Notes under the pieces: generated by a model
What the model was told of the DNA's origin: nothing
What the model saw: the letters and a program-made list of their open reading frames with translations, nothing else
The model's database searches: none
NCBI GenBank assembly: GCA_021372895.1
Contig: JAJFTP010000060.1
Coordinates: 4,590 to 68,589 of the forward strand
Origin: Synergistaceae bacterium
GTDB lineage: Bacteria; Synergistota; Synergistia; Synergistales; Synergistaceae
DNA length: 64,000 nucleotides
Reading direction: 5' to 3'
Part shown: positions 27,137 through 36,616 of the stretch, piece by piece
Position numbering within the stretch: position 1 is the first letter of the stretch
Layout: every line of letters starts with the position of its first letter
Made by a program: the position numbers and the translations under genes

Positions 27137-27880
27137 TCAAACAGTAAAACCGTCATTTATATAGCGCCAGATGTCTTCTTTTGAGACTGAGATATACTCT
27201 CCTGCAGGTAATTTCTTCAGTTCAAGCTTACCTATACGCCTCCTCATAAGATTGCGGACATCATTGCCAAGGGCGCGCGCCATGAGGCGGATCTCGCGTT
27301 TGATGCCTTCTCCGAGCACGACTTCAAAACAGCACTGCATTGGGCTGCGTGCCAGTCTGCGAACACTTAAAGGCTTGAGAAAGTGCCCTTCGGCCTCAAC
27401 TCCTTTGATCCACTGTATGAGCAGCGGCTCATCAAGGGGCTTGCGCAGCTCGACCTCGTAGGTTTTTGTGATCCCTTTGCTGGGATGTATAAGTTCCTGC
27501 GCAAACATGCCATCGTTCGTCAGTATCATGAGACCTTCGCTGTCCCTGTCGAGTCTGCCTACAGGAAAAAGGTGCAGAGGATCGAACGAAGGCGGAAGTA
27601 TGTCTATTACGGTCCTGTCGCGGCTGTCCCCGACAGCGCTGAGTATACCCCTGGGTTTGTTGAATATCAGATAGGTCTGCCGGACAGGGCACATTTCAAC
27701 CCCGTCAAAGGTGACCGTATCACCTTCCGTGACCTGCCTTCCAAGCTCTGTTACAGTCTCCCCGTTTATTACCACCCGTCCTGCCGTGATATATTCTTCT
27801 ACCTTGCGCCGCGCACCGGCACCGCACAAGGCCAGATAACGGTTGAGCCTTATCGTCTCTTTTTTTGCGTCATTCGTCAT
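27137..27880 (-). CDS. rluB: Pseudouridine synthase, RsuA/RluB family
   Basis: S4 domain (IRLNRYLALCG…SRRKVEE-like) and catalytic motif VGRLDRDSEGL. The preferred start is ATG 27880 (MTNDAKK) with GGAGG 6 nt upstream. It follows scpB as in Firmicutes. Confidence 0.8.
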   Translation of the reverse strand: MTNDAKKETIRLNRYLALCGAGARRKVEEYITAGRVVINGETVTELGRQVTEGDTVTFDGVEMCPVRQTYLIFNKPRGILSAVGDSRDRTVIDILPPSFDPLHLFPVGRLDRDSEGLMILTNDGMFAQELIHPSKGITKTYEVELRKPLDEPLLIQWIKGVEAEGHFLKPLSVRRLARSPMQCCFEVVLGEGIKREIRLMARALGNDVRNLMRRRIGKLELKKLPAGEYISVSKEDIWRYINDGFTV

Positions 27881-28496
27881 CTTCTGCCTCCATGCCATCA
27901 TAGCCGGTCTTAGATGCAAAAGCATCTTTGACGCCTATCTCTTCACTGCCGTCGCGAAGCTCTTCGAGAGAGGGCAGCGATGTTATGCCTGCCAGCCCGA
28001 ATATCTCAAGAAACCTCTCTGTAGTCCTGAAAAGCAGAGGAGAGCCCACGCTTTTCTTCCTTCCGGCAACACGCACAAGTCCATGTTTGAGCAATGTATC
28101 GACCACCCTGTCACAGCGCACCGAGCGGATGTCCTCTATTTCAGAGCGAGTTACAGGCTGGTTATAGGCAATTATGGAAAGCGTCTCGAGCGCAGCACGG
28201 CTCAGGCGCACACGCTGCAGAGAAACGGAGTTGGCAAAACTTTCAATCGTGTCGCTCAAATCCGGTGACGTCGCCATTTGCCAGCCTCCGGCAACAAAAA
28301 GCAGAGTAAGTCCATGTCCGCGCGAATATACGCCCTTTATCGTCTCTAAAGCCGATGCCACCCTCTGTGCCGATACACCAAGATGGGAGGCTAGTTCCTG
28401 CGTTGTTACAGGCTGGGGGGAAACAAACAGCATCGCCTCCACCTGCCTCTCAAGAAGTCCCATATCAGGATTTATGTTATTTTCAGGCTGCGGCAA
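27870..28496 (-). CDS. scpB: Segregation and condensation protein B
   Basis: 208 aa. QVEAMLFVSPQPV…, LSRAALETLSIIAYNQPVTRSEIEDIRSV and RKKSVGSPLLFRTT motifs. Confidence 0.88.
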   Translation of the reverse strand: MPQPENNINPDMGLLERQVEAMLFVSPQPVTTQELASHLGVSAQRVASALETIKGVYSRGHGLTLLFVAGGWQMATSPDLSDTIESFANSVSLQRVRLSRAALETLSIIAYNQPVTRSEIEDIRSVRCDRVVDTLLKHGLVRVAGRKKSVGSPLLFRTTERFLEIFGLAGITSLPSLEELRDGSEEIGVKDAFASKTGYDGMEAEDDE

Positions 28497-29226
28497 TTAT
28501 AACATCTCCCAGTGTCTCAGACTGCAATATATGTACCCATCCGAGACGCGACATCTCAAGCAGCGCCAGCAGCGTCACAATAAGAGTCTTGCTGTTCCGC
28601 TCGTGAAGCAACTCGCCAAGGGCAAGCCTCTTCCCTTTTATCTGCCGCAGAAGCTCATCCATGCGCTGCTCGACCTGACGCTCCTCAGGCACTGCGTCCG
28701 GAATGTCTTCCCATATGGTATCCTCGCTGCGACCGCTTGCGCTGTTCCTCTCGTTGTACCTGTCGAGAAGCTCCCACCATTTAGCCGCGAGGCTGTAGAG
28801 GTCACCAATGTCGTAAAACGGGCTGCTCTCTTCATCCGCGATGCGCACAAAACAGCGTTCACGCTCCATCTGGAGCCTGGAGAGATAAGCGGCAGCGTTT
28901 CTGTAGGGACGAAAAACCTCAAGCATGCGCCGTAATTCCTCATCCGACTCGACGTAATCCTCTTCGGTCATTTCTTCCTGGATCTCATCTCCCGCCTGAG
29001 CCGGAAATAGAGAATGTACCTTGCGCAGGAGAAGACGGCTTGCGAATGCAAAGAACTCAGCCATCTCATTCAGGGTAGTCCTTCTGCTGTTGAGAAGGAA
29101 CTGAACATACTGCGACACCAGTTCCGTAAGGCTGATCTCCGTAGGGTCCATCTCACGGGCCTCTACAAGATGGCACAAAAGATCAAGAGGCCCTGAGAAG
29201 GCTCCCAACTGGACCTCAAAACCCAT
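28483..29226 (-). CDS. scpA: Segregation and condensation protein A
   Basis: The preferred start is MGFEVQLGAFSGPLDLLCHLVE (ATG 29226). The longer track ORF would overlap trpS. It overlaps the scpB start by 14 nt. Confidence 0.85.
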   Translation of the reverse strand: MGFEVQLGAFSGPLDLLCHLVEAREMDPTEISLTELVSQYVQFLLNSRRTTLNEMAEFFAFASRLLLRKVHSLFPAQAGDEIQEEMTEEDYVESDEELRRMLEVFRPYRNAAAYLSRLQMERERCFVRIADEESSPFYDIGDLYSLAAKWWELLDRYNERNSASGRSEDTIWEDIPDAVPEERQVEQRMDELLRQIKGKRLALGELLHERNSKTLIVTLLALLEMSRLGWVHILQSETLGDVIIAAA

Positions 29227-29281
29227 CCTATCTTCCTTTTGTCCTGTCCCGGTAATATTCTGTCTCTCTTTCAAATCTGCC

Positions 29282-30286
29282 TCAGTGAAGTATCCCCATC
29301 GCAGTGTAGACATCTTCCATCGTCTGTTCCGCAACTTTGCGGGCACGTGCAGCGCCTGATTCAAGGATCTGCATCAAATCGTCGTCCCGGGTCTCGAGAT
29401 ACGCCCGGCGCTGCTGGATAGGGCCCATCATCTCTTCAAGATGCGCCATCAGTTTCTTCTTGCAGTCGATACAGCCAATGCCGGCAGTCATGCAGCCTTC
29501 GTGCAGTTCTGTCATCTCATCCGCATCTTTGTTGAAGAACTTTTGGATATCCCACACAGGGCACTTCTCTGGCGTTCCAGGATCAGTCCTGCGCTCACGT
29601 GCAGGATCTGTAGTCATCGTGCGCAGTTTGCCCCATATAGTGGCCATATCGTCAGCAATGTCCAGAGAATTGCCGTATGACTTACTCATCTTGCGCCCGT
29701 CAGTGCCTGGCATCTTAGCGGTGGGAGTAAGCAGTATATCAGGCTCTGGGAATATATCCCCGTAGAAATGGTTAAAGCGCCTTGCGACCTCGCGCGTAAG
29801 TTCAAGATGAGGTCCCTGATCCTCTCCCACAGGCACTGCAAATGATTTATAAAGAAGGATATCTCCGGCCATCAAAACAGGATATCCAAGAAATGCGTAT
29901 GTTGAAAGGTCCTTGTTCTGCAGGTTCAATATCTGTTCCTTATAAGTCGGACAACGTTCAAGCCAACCGAGCGGCGTTATCATGGAAAGCGCGAGGTGCA
30001 TCTCCGCATGCTGTTTGACGTGGGACTGAATGAATATTGAAGATTTCTCCGGGTCGACTCCGACCGCAAGCCAGTCAAGAAGTATCTCCCTACAGTTTGT
30101 CTTGACCCTGCCGCTGTCCGCATAGTCTGACATCATAGCATGCCAGTCAACGATCCCCCAGAAACAGTTGTAATGGTCCTGGAGCTTGACCCAGTTTATG
30201 AGGGCCCCTGCCATGTGCCCATAGTGCAGTTTGCCGGTAGGCCTCATCCCGCTGAAAATCCTTTTTCTCTCGTCCATGCGATCCAC
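29282..30286 (-). CDS. trpS: Tryptophan--tRNA ligase
   Basis: 334 aa. Class I HIGH-like motif (TGKLHYGH) and KMSKS (KMSKS at …GRKMSKSYGN). Confidence 0.93.
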   Translation of the reverse strand: MDRMDERKRIFSGMRPTGKLHYGHMAGALINWVKLQDHYNCFWGIVDWHAMMSDYADSGRVKTNCREILLDWLAVGVDPEKSSIFIQSHVKQHAEMHLALSMITPLGWLERCPTYKEQILNLQNKDLSTYAFLGYPVLMAGDILLYKSFAVPVGEDQGPHLELTREVARRFNHFYGDIFPEPDILLTPTAKMPGTDGRKMSKSYGNSLDIADDMATIWGKLRTMTTDPARERRTDPGTPEKCPVWDIQKFFNKDADEMTELHEGCMTAGIGCIDCKKKLMAHLEEMMGPIQQRRAYLETRDDDLMQILESGAARARKVAEQTMEDVYTAMGILH

Positions 30287-30332
30287 GTCCCTTTCTTATA
30301 AAAAACGATGGTAAACGCCAAAGTCGTTTACA

Positions 30333-31121
30333 TTAAATCAATATGCGCCGTGTCGGAGTTTCGCGCACAAATTCTACGCGCAGACCTGTCTCTTCTTCTA
30401 TAAGGCCGGCAAGTGCAGGAAGCGAGACCTTCTCCATCTCGCCATGGTCAGTCACTATTATGTTGAGTCCCATGCCGAGTGCGTCCTGCCTTTGGTGGTA
30501 TGACATGTCCGCAGTGATAAAAACATCCGCGCCGCTTTCAAACGCTTCGTACCACATGCTTCCGCATGAGCCTCCGCCAATTGCGACTTTTGTGATCGGG
30601 CGGAATTCATCGCCGTAACATAAGCAGCAGGAAAGACGCCATCGCTCCTTAATGCGTTTCAGACATTCGGCCATACTTATCCGTTGCTGAAAACTGCCGA
30701 CCGCTCCAATTCCCCACGCTCCGTCCGGCAATGCGGGATATGCAAGCGGCACTATGCCTTCAAGCTCCAGTTTCTTGGCAAGACAGAAATTTACACCCTC
30801 AGGCGAAGAGTCCCAGTTAGTGTGGGCGGCATAAAGTGCGACTCCGTTCTGCAGGGCAGCGGCTATCGCCTGCGAGGCAGGCCTATCCAGCACGATAGAC
30901 TTCATTGCGTGAAAGATTGCAGGATGGTGCGACACAAGAAGCTGACAGCCGTTGGCAGCTGCCTGAAAGACAGAATCCGTCGTCACATCAAGGGCCAGAG
31001 CAACACAAGAGACAGAAGAGGTCGGATCACCAACCGCAAGGCCTGGATTGTCCCATTCTTCCGCCCATGAGACAGGGATCCTCTTCTCTATTTTACTGAC
31101 AACATCGCATAACATCATCAC
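30333..31121 (-). CDS. Nif3-like dinuclear metal center protein
   Basis: 262 aa. WDNPGL, LVSHHP and ITADMSYH/DHG motifs of the NIF3 (GTP cyclohydrolase 1 type 2 homolog) family. Confidence 0.85.
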   Translation of the reverse strand: MMMLCDVVSKIEKRIPVSWAEEWDNPGLAVGDPTSSVSCVALALDVTTDSVFQAAANGCQLLVSHHPAIFHAMKSIVLDRPASQAIAAALQNGVALYAAHTNWDSSPEGVNFCLAKKLELEGIVPLAYPALPDGAWGIGAVGSFQQRISMAECLKRIKERWRLSCCLCYGDEFRPITKVAIGGGSCGSMWYEAFESGADVFITADMSYHQRQDALGMGLNIIVTDHGEMEKVSLPALAGLIEEETGLRVEFVRETPTRRILI

Positions 31122-31269
31122 AGTGCGCCTCCCGTCCAGTCAGCCAATCTATTCTATTACACCGGAGCAAGGCGGTCAAACGACGGAGCAACTGTAACTT
31201 TAATACGCTGACAAAACATAAATTGCGCCATAAAGCAGCATAAACACGCATCGCAGGATATGATATGGA

Positions 31270-32268
31270 TCAGAGCAGTTCCGCTATTTGCACTGCGTTA
31301 AGCGCGGCCCCCTTGCGCAGATTATCGGAGACGACCCAAAACGCGATCGCGTTATCCAACCCTGTGTCCCTGCGGATCCGTCCCACATATACCGCATCCA
31401 TACCGACGCTTTCTGTCGGCATTGGGTAAATATCATTCTTTGGGTCGTCTTGTACAATGACCCCATCCGCCTTCTCAAGGATTTCTCTGGCACGCTGAGG
31501 CGTGATATCCCGTTTGAACTGAGCCGTAATTCCCTCCCCATGTCCCCTGAAAACAGGGACACGGACATTTATGCCGCTTACGCGCAGATCCGGAAGGTGC
31601 ATTATTTTGCGCGACTCATTGACCATTTTCCACTCTTCCTCAGAGATCCCTTCATCGTCGAACGGACCGATATGCGGCAGGAGGTTGAAAGCGATCCTAT
31701 GCGGATAGACACCATCGTTCTCCCATTCTATGCCGTCAAGCACCGCCATGCTGCCGCTGCTGAGCGAATCGATCGCTGCCTTCCCTGTGCCGGCGACCGA
31801 CTGGTATGTGCTGACGTTCATATAGACGAGGCCGGCTTCCTTATGAAGTGGCCATAGGGCAACAACGGCCTGTATAGTGGAACAATTCGGATTTGCTATT
31901 ATACCGGTGTTTTTCTGAGTATCTTCCGGGTTTATTTCCGGCACAACAAGCGGCACTTCAGGATACATGCGCCATGCGGAGCTGTTATCGATCACTGTCG
32001 CACCAGACTTAACCGCTATAGGCGCCCACTGCCTCGATGTCTTTCCGCCTGCGGAGAAGAGCGCGATGTCTGTTCCTTTGAACGAGTTTTCATTTACGGC
32101 CTCTACCGTAAGCTCCTCTCCGCGAAAGACAACTTTCGTCCCGGCCGAGCGGAGTGACGCCAGGGGGATAAGATCTGAGACAGGAAAGTTCCTCTGCTCA
32201 AGAATTTTAAGCATCTCACGGCCGACAAGTCCGGTCGCCCCTAGGACGGCAATTTTTTTAGCGTTCAT
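31270..32268 (-). CDS. asd: Aspartate-semialdehyde dehydrogenase
   Basis: 332 aa. GATGLVG N-terminus, active-site IANPNCSTI and C-terminal SDNLRKGAALNAVQIAE. Confidence 0.93.
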   Translation of the reverse strand: MNAKKIAVLGATGLVGREMLKILEQRNFPVSDLIPLASLRSAGTKVVFRGEELTVEAVNENSFKGTDIALFSAGGKTSRQWAPIAVKSGATVIDNSSAWRMYPEVPLVVPEINPEDTQKNTGIIANPNCSTIQAVVALWPLHKEAGLVYMNVSTYQSVAGTGKAAIDSLSSGSMAVLDGIEWENDGVYPHRIAFNLLPHIGPFDDEGISEEEWKMVNESRKIMHLPDLRVSGINVRVPVFRGHGEGITAQFKRDITPQRAREILEKADGVIVQDDPKNDIYPMPTESVGMDAVYVGRIRRDTGLDNAIAFWVVSDNLRKGAALNAVQIAELL

Positions 32269-33506
32269 CAGAATACAGGCTCCTCTATAAATCTCTTATG
32301 CAAAGCTCTAACTGCATCCTCGGCGCGGGCCGAGTCCACTATGCATGTTATGGCAAGCGCCGTTGAAGCTATCATCTCTATATTGATCCCCTCTTCAGCA
32401 AGGATATTGAACATCCTGGACGGGATCTCAGGGTGGTTTGCTATTCCGGCGCCTACAATGGTAACACGCGCTATTTCCGTGTCAAACGAGACCCCCTGAG
32501 CGTCTATCCTGCGGCATATATCACGGCAGACCTGTATCGCCGTCTCCAGATCGGTCTTCTTTACGAGAAAACCTATGTCATTGACTCCTCCCCTCATGTT
32601 GTTCTGGATTATCATCTCCGCTCCTACCCCACTGTCTGCAAGACTCGAGAAAAGACGCGCCGCAACGCCTGGGACATCAGGAACTCCAAGCAGAACTATT
32701 TTCGCAACTCGTGAATCATGTACCACTGCTTTTATGATAAGGCCCTCTGTTACCGGATTGCTCATGACCCATGTTCCCTCCTCTTCCACAACAAAGCTTG
32801 AACCAACATAAAGCGGGATGCCGTAGCGTGCCGCCATCTCGACACTGCGCGCCTGGAGCACGTTTGCGCCCTGTACGGCCATCTCCAGGCACTCATCAAA
32901 ACCGATCTGACTTATTTTGCGCGGATTCTTTACGACACGTGGGTCACCGGTCATGATCCCGGTAACATCCTTCAAAAGCTGGCACGAATCCGCACCCAGA
33001 GCCGCAGCTAGCGCCACGGCGGATAGATCCGAGCCTCCGCGTCCCAGCGTTATTATATCGCCGGTGTCCGTTATTGCCTGAAAACCAGTCACCACTGCGA
33101 CAGTTCCCTCATTCAGCACTTTTTCCACCGCATCGGCTTTTATCCTGTAAATACGACCCTCCATGGGGAACCCCTTGGCCATTATCCCGGCCTGCTGAGC
33201 TGTAAATGACTGGGCCGGAAGTCCAAACTGCTGAAGCGCAAGCGATAGGAGAGCCACACTCTGCTGTTCACCTGTCGCAAGCAGCTGATCCATCTCTCGG
33301 CCATTGCCCGTCGCTGCAACATCACGTGCAAGAGCCAGCAAATCATCCGTCATATTGCCCATTGCCGAAACCACAACTGCAACACGGCTACCCTTGTCAC
33401 GGATATTTTTTACTATCTGCGCAACGTGCCTCATCCTATCTGGTCCGGCGACCGACGTGCCGCCGAATTTAAGTACTGTGAGTGGAAGTGTCCTCCAGTC
33501 CATCAC
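32268..33506 (-). CDS. lysC: Aspartate kinase (with C-terminal ACT domains)
   Basis: 412 aa. VLKFGGTSV, VVSAMG.TD and GRGGSD motifs with two ACT-like repeats. The stop overlaps the asd start. Confidence 0.9.
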   Translation of the reverse strand: MMDWRTLPLTVLKFGGTSVAGPDRMRHVAQIVKNIRDKGSRVAVVVSAMGNMTDDLLALARDVAATGNGREMDQLLATGEQQSVALLSLALQQFGLPAQSFTAQQAGIMAKGFPMEGRIYRIKADAVEKVLNEGTVAVVTGFQAITDTGDIITLGRGGSDLSAVALAAALGADSCQLLKDVTGIMTGDPRVVKNPRKISQIGFDECLEMAVQGANVLQARSVEMAARYGIPLYVGSSFVVEEEGTWVMSNPVTEGLIIKAVVHDSRVAKIVLLGVPDVPGVAARLFSSLADSGVGAEMIIQNNMRGGVNDIGFLVKKTDLETAIQVCRDICRRIDAQGVSFDTEIARVTIVGAGIANHPEIPSRMFNILAEEGINIEMIASTALAITCIVDSARAEDAVRALHKRFIEEPVF

Positions 33507-34468
33507 TCACACCTCCGAACTTTATCTATTTCAGCCTTAAGTCCCATGTCAATCTCTACTCTGGCACCCTCGGCGCTCCCGTCCAGGACAAAAAACTGCG
33601 AGCGAACGCCATATTCAGTGAAAGTATGGCACATCACCTCGGCAACCCTCTGTGTCGGGCCGTTGACAAAGGCAATTATACTGGGGCCTGATCCGCTGAT
33701 AGCCACACTTATGCATTCCGGAAGTTCTTTTACGCGTGAGAAAATAGCATCTCCGCCCTTGAAAAGCCTGCTGCGATACTGCTGATGAAGCCTGTCATCC
33801 ATGCCCCATTTGAGATATTCCCATTTCCTTGTCGCCCATGCAGCAGTCAGGAGAGCTGCGCGGCCAAGATTGAAGACGGCATCCTCAAACGGGACCTGCT
33901 TAGGCAAAGCTTTACGTGCATCAGATGTATTTACCCGTTCATCAGGGACAGCTACCACGCAGAGGACCTCCGGCGGAAGCGCCGGAAGCTGTACATAACG
34001 CAGATCCTCTCCGTCCCAGCAGCTTACGACCATCCCCCCGAGGAAACATGGGGCAACGTTGTCAGGATGTCCTTCAATGATCGTCATTGCACGGAGAAGT
34101 TCATCTTCATCAGCACATGATCCGGTCAGATGTTTCGCTATAAGGACTCCGGCCACAACAGCTCCGGCAGAACTCCCAAGACCCCTGCCGAGAGGTATTA
34201 TATTATGACACCAGAGAGAGAACCCCGGAGCATGGACTCCCCAGCGTCTGCATGTCTCTTCGTATGCATTGATGACAAGGTTTGCCTTGGGGTCTGAAAG
34301 CTCCCTTGATCCCTCACCCTGCACTTCTACCTCATACTCTCCTTCAGCCATTATCGCGACGACCTTGAAAATGTTATAAAGCGACACAGCCATTCCGATC
34401 GAGTCAAAACCTGAGCCAAGGTTTGCACTGGTCGCAGGGACCCTAAGCGTTATAAGCGGATCCATCAC
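33503..34468 (-). CDS. thrB: Homoserine kinase
   Basis: 321 aa. GHMP kinase motif PLGRGLGSSAGAVVAG and N-terminal VPATSANLGSGFDS. Confidence 0.9.
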   Translation of the reverse strand: MMDPLITLRVPATSANLGSGFDSIGMAVSLYNIFKVVAIMAEGEYEVEVQGEGSRELSDPKANLVINAYEETCRRWGVHAPGFSLWCHNIIPLGRGLGSSAGAVVAGVLIAKHLTGSCADEDELLRAMTIIEGHPDNVAPCFLGGMVVSCWDGEDLRYVQLPALPPEVLCVVAVPDERVNTSDARKALPKQVPFEDAVFNLGRAALLTAAWATRKWEYLKWGMDDRLHQQYRSRLFKGGDAIFSRVKELPECISVAISGSGPSIIAFVNGPTQRVAEVMCHTFTEYGVRSQFFVLDGSAEGARVEIDMGLKAEIDKVRRCE

Positions 34469-35502
34469 TTCATCACCTCCAGCAATTCATCAAGGCTGTC
34501 CCCTATTTCTATAGGCCTGCCGACCTGAGACATTGCGGTGTCCGGATCTTTGAGCCCATTGCCGGTAAGTACCATGACGACGCGTATGCCCCTAGGCAGC
34601 CGGCCAAGGCTCTTAAGTTTCACAAGCCCCGCGAGAGGGGCACAGGAAGCCGGTTCCGCAAATACTCCCCCCTTAGACGAAAGCAGGATCTGCGCTGAAA
34701 GTATCTCTTCGTCAGTGACTGAGTTAAACTCACCCCGTGATTCTTTTACCGCTTCCCTGGCAAGTTCCGCGCTTACCGGGTTGCCGATACGTATAGCTGT
34801 AGCGATCGTCTCGGGATAAGGACACGGTTCGCCTGTGACGAGCGGGGCGGCTCCTGCAGCCTGAAAACCCATCATCCTCGGAAGCACGACTGTCTTTCCG
34901 ATATCCATGTACTGTTTGTAGCCTGCCCAATAGGCGCTTATGTTTCCTGCGTTGCCGACCGGCAGCGCGTGCCAGTCAGGCGCTTTTCCCAAGGCTTCGC
35001 AGACCTCCCATGCCCCGCTCCTCTGTCCCCAGAGGCGATATGGGTTAACTGAGTTTACTATTGCAAACCCATTATGTTCGGCAGCCTCACGCGCCATCTC
35101 AAGCGCTCTGTCAAAGTTGCCGTTAACTGCGATTACAGTTGCGCCGTACATAAGCGCCTGAGCAAGCTTTCCAAGAGCCACCTTGCCTGCAGGAAGAAGC
35201 ACATAGCACGGTATCTGCGCCGCAGCGGCATAAGCCGCCGCCGATGCCGACGTGTTGCCGGTAGAGGCACAGACAAGGGCCTTCGCCCCCTCTTCCAGAG
35301 CCTTCGCTACGGCCATGACCATTCCCCTGTCCTTAAATGAACCTGTAGGGTTACATCCCTCAAGCTTTCCCCACAGGTCTATCTCAAGAAGTTTGCTTAT
35401 AACTCCAAGATATACAAGGGGAGTGTTTCCCTCTCCCAATGTTATGCGCGGCGTCTTATCGGTAACCGGCAAAAATCCTGCATACTTTTCAATTACTCCC
35501 AT
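34465..35502 (-). CDS. thrC: Threonine synthase
   Basis: The true start is most likely MGVIEKYAGFLPV (ATG 35502, AAGGAGGG RBS 7 nt upstream). The PLP Lys motif is GSFKDRG. The 65-aa N-terminal extension in the track ORF is the translated T-box leader. Confidence 0.9.
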   Translation of the reverse strand: MGVIEKYAGFLPVTDKTPRITLGEGNTPLVYLGVISKLLEIDLWGKLEGCNPTGSFKDRGMVMAVAKALEEGAKALVCASTGNTSASAAAYAAAAQIPCYVLLPAGKVALGKLAQALMYGATVIAVNGNFDRALEMAREAAEHNGFAIVNSVNPYRLWGQRSGAWEVCEALGKAPDWHALPVGNAGNISAYWAGYKQYMDIGKTVVLPRMMGFQAAGAAPLVTGEPCPYPETIATAIRIGNPVSAELAREAVKESRGEFNSVTDEEILSAQILLSSKGGVFAEPASCAPLAGLVKLKSLGRLPRGIRVVMVLTGNGLKDPDTAMSQVGRPIEIGDSLDELLEVMK

Positions 35503-35553
35503 GTCAGATCCCTCCTTACAGCATAAATCCATCCTGTTATTATATGTGACCGC

Positions 35554-35826
35554 TATAATAAAATTGCCGCCCCCAATAAAAAAGGAGGCGGCATAATATC
35601 CGCGGTTCCACTCCAGTTCAGCCGATATAAGAAACTCGGCCCTTGTGCGCGCTGTACAGGGCGCTCCCTGCTGCCTTATCCTGAACGGCTTCGGCAACTG
35701 CTCCGGGGTGGTCTTCAGAGACTTTGCATCCGGGATCTCTCATCACCGGTTTCCCGGGATCCCATCTCTGTGATGCAGAATATCCCTTACTGTCCCCATC
35801 ATAGCATCAGTAATATTCGGATGATT
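35554..35826 (-). promoter_or_regulatory. T-box riboswitch leader, specifier ACC (Thr), with intrinsic terminator
   Basis: Read on the minus strand. There is a GA/K-turn-like ATGA. The Specifier-loop side is GGGG-ACAGTAAG, closed by CTGAAG-ACC-A-CCCC (ACC at 35710-35712). An AG bulge ACAGAGA, the distal GGTGATGAGAG, an F-box-like GCCGTTC and Stem III GCCGA…TCGGC follow. The T-box sequence AACTGGAGTGGAACCGCGG lies at 35600-35618. The terminator is GCCGCCTCC-N9-GGGGGCGGC (35565-35591) plus AATTTTATTAT. The 3' half of the T-box can pair with the 5' arm of the terminator to form the antiterminator. Confidence 0.8.
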
Positions 35827-35833
35827 GTCAGCG

Positions 35834-35862
35834 TTTATACAACTATCACATATAATTGTCAA
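35834..35862 (-). promoter_or_regulatory. Sigma-70 promoter of the T-box/thr operon
   Basis: The minus strand has TTGACA (35857-35862), 17 nt, then TATAAA (35834-35839). Confidence 0.6.
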
Positions 35863-35880
35863 GTAACTCCAAGATAAAGT

Positions 35881-35909
35881 TTGATATTTTTTATTTTATC
35901 TGGTAAAAT
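35881..35909 (+). promoter_or_regulatory. Putative greA promoter (extended -10)
   Basis: TTGATA (35881-35886), 17 nt, TAAAAT (35904-35909), preceded by TGG (TGn). It is divergent from the thr promoter. Confidence 0.5.
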
Positions 35910-35954
35910 GCACTTCGCAAAGAAGTCTATATATTTTAGGTGGGGTGGCGTCAC

Positions 35955-36446
35955 ATGGCAGCAAAGACAGTTGAAGATAAAGTTGTGATGACCCGTGAGG
36001 GATACGATAAACTCAAAGCGGAGCTTGTCTCTCTTCGTGGGGACGGCAGGGCGGAAATAGCCGCTAAGCTGGAAGAAGCCCGCGGCTTCGGTGATTTGAG
36101 TGAAAACGCGGAATATCATGCGGCGAAGGAAGAACAGGAAAAACTTGAAAACCGCATATTATGGCTCGAATATCAGTTAAGCAAAGCACAGGTGGTCGAG
36201 GATAAGGACATTGACACAAGCCGCGCTAGCCTCGGAACTACGGTTACACTCAAGGATATTGACATGAAGAAGACCTTCACTTATACACTAGTGGGTACAG
36301 AAGAAGCTGACATCAAGGACAACAGGATCTCCGCGGCCAGTCCTGTCGGCAAGGCTGTATTGAGCAAAACTGCGGGAGACGAAGTCATAGTCAGAACACC
36401 GCGCGGTATCCGTCACCTGAAGGTAATGAAGATCTGCCTCAAGTAA
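35955..36446 (+). CDS. greA: Transcription elongation factor GreA
   Basis: MAAKTVEDKVVMTREGYDKLKAEL…GDLSENAEYHAAKEEQ. ATG 35955 is preferred over the upstream GTG 35940. RBS is AGGTGGGG. Confidence 0.92.
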   Translation: MAAKTVEDKVVMTREGYDKLKAELVSLRGDGRAEIAAKLEEARGFGDLSENAEYHAAKEEQEKLENRILWLEYQLSKAQVVEDKDIDTSRASLGTTVTLKDIDMKKTFTYTLVGTEEADIKDNRISAASPVGKAVLSKTAGDEVIVRTPRGIRHLKVMKICLK

Positions 36447-36522
36447 TATAGACAGACACACCGGCACATTGCTGTACTTCAGATATCCGCAGGCAAAATC
36501 AAATATTTCCTTGCAACGGATC

Positions 36523-36554
36523 AAGGTGCGTGACCATCCTTAACCACGCGCCTT
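36523..36554 (+). terminator. Candidate terminator hairpin between convergent greA and ddl
   Basis: AAGGTGCGTG-N12-CACGCGCCTT (10 bp, one G-U pair) followed by TCTCCTGTTTTG. Confidence 0.4.
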
Positions 36555-36616
36555 TCTCCTGTTTTGCAATGCCTTGCAGCTCAGATGCCACATTAGAGCC
36601 AGCTCTTATGACCAGG

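Noticed and set aside
30287-30332. Possible Trp T-box upstream of trpS
   Set aside because: The gap to the upstream Nif3 gene is only 46 nt, too short for a T-box leader. trpS is probably co-transcribed.
35503-35697. 65-aa N-terminal extension of the thrC ORF (MPKPFRIRQQG…)
   Set aside because: The region folds as the T-box leader and terminator. A strong RBS (AAGGAGGG) precedes the internal ATG at 35502, where ThrC homology begins.
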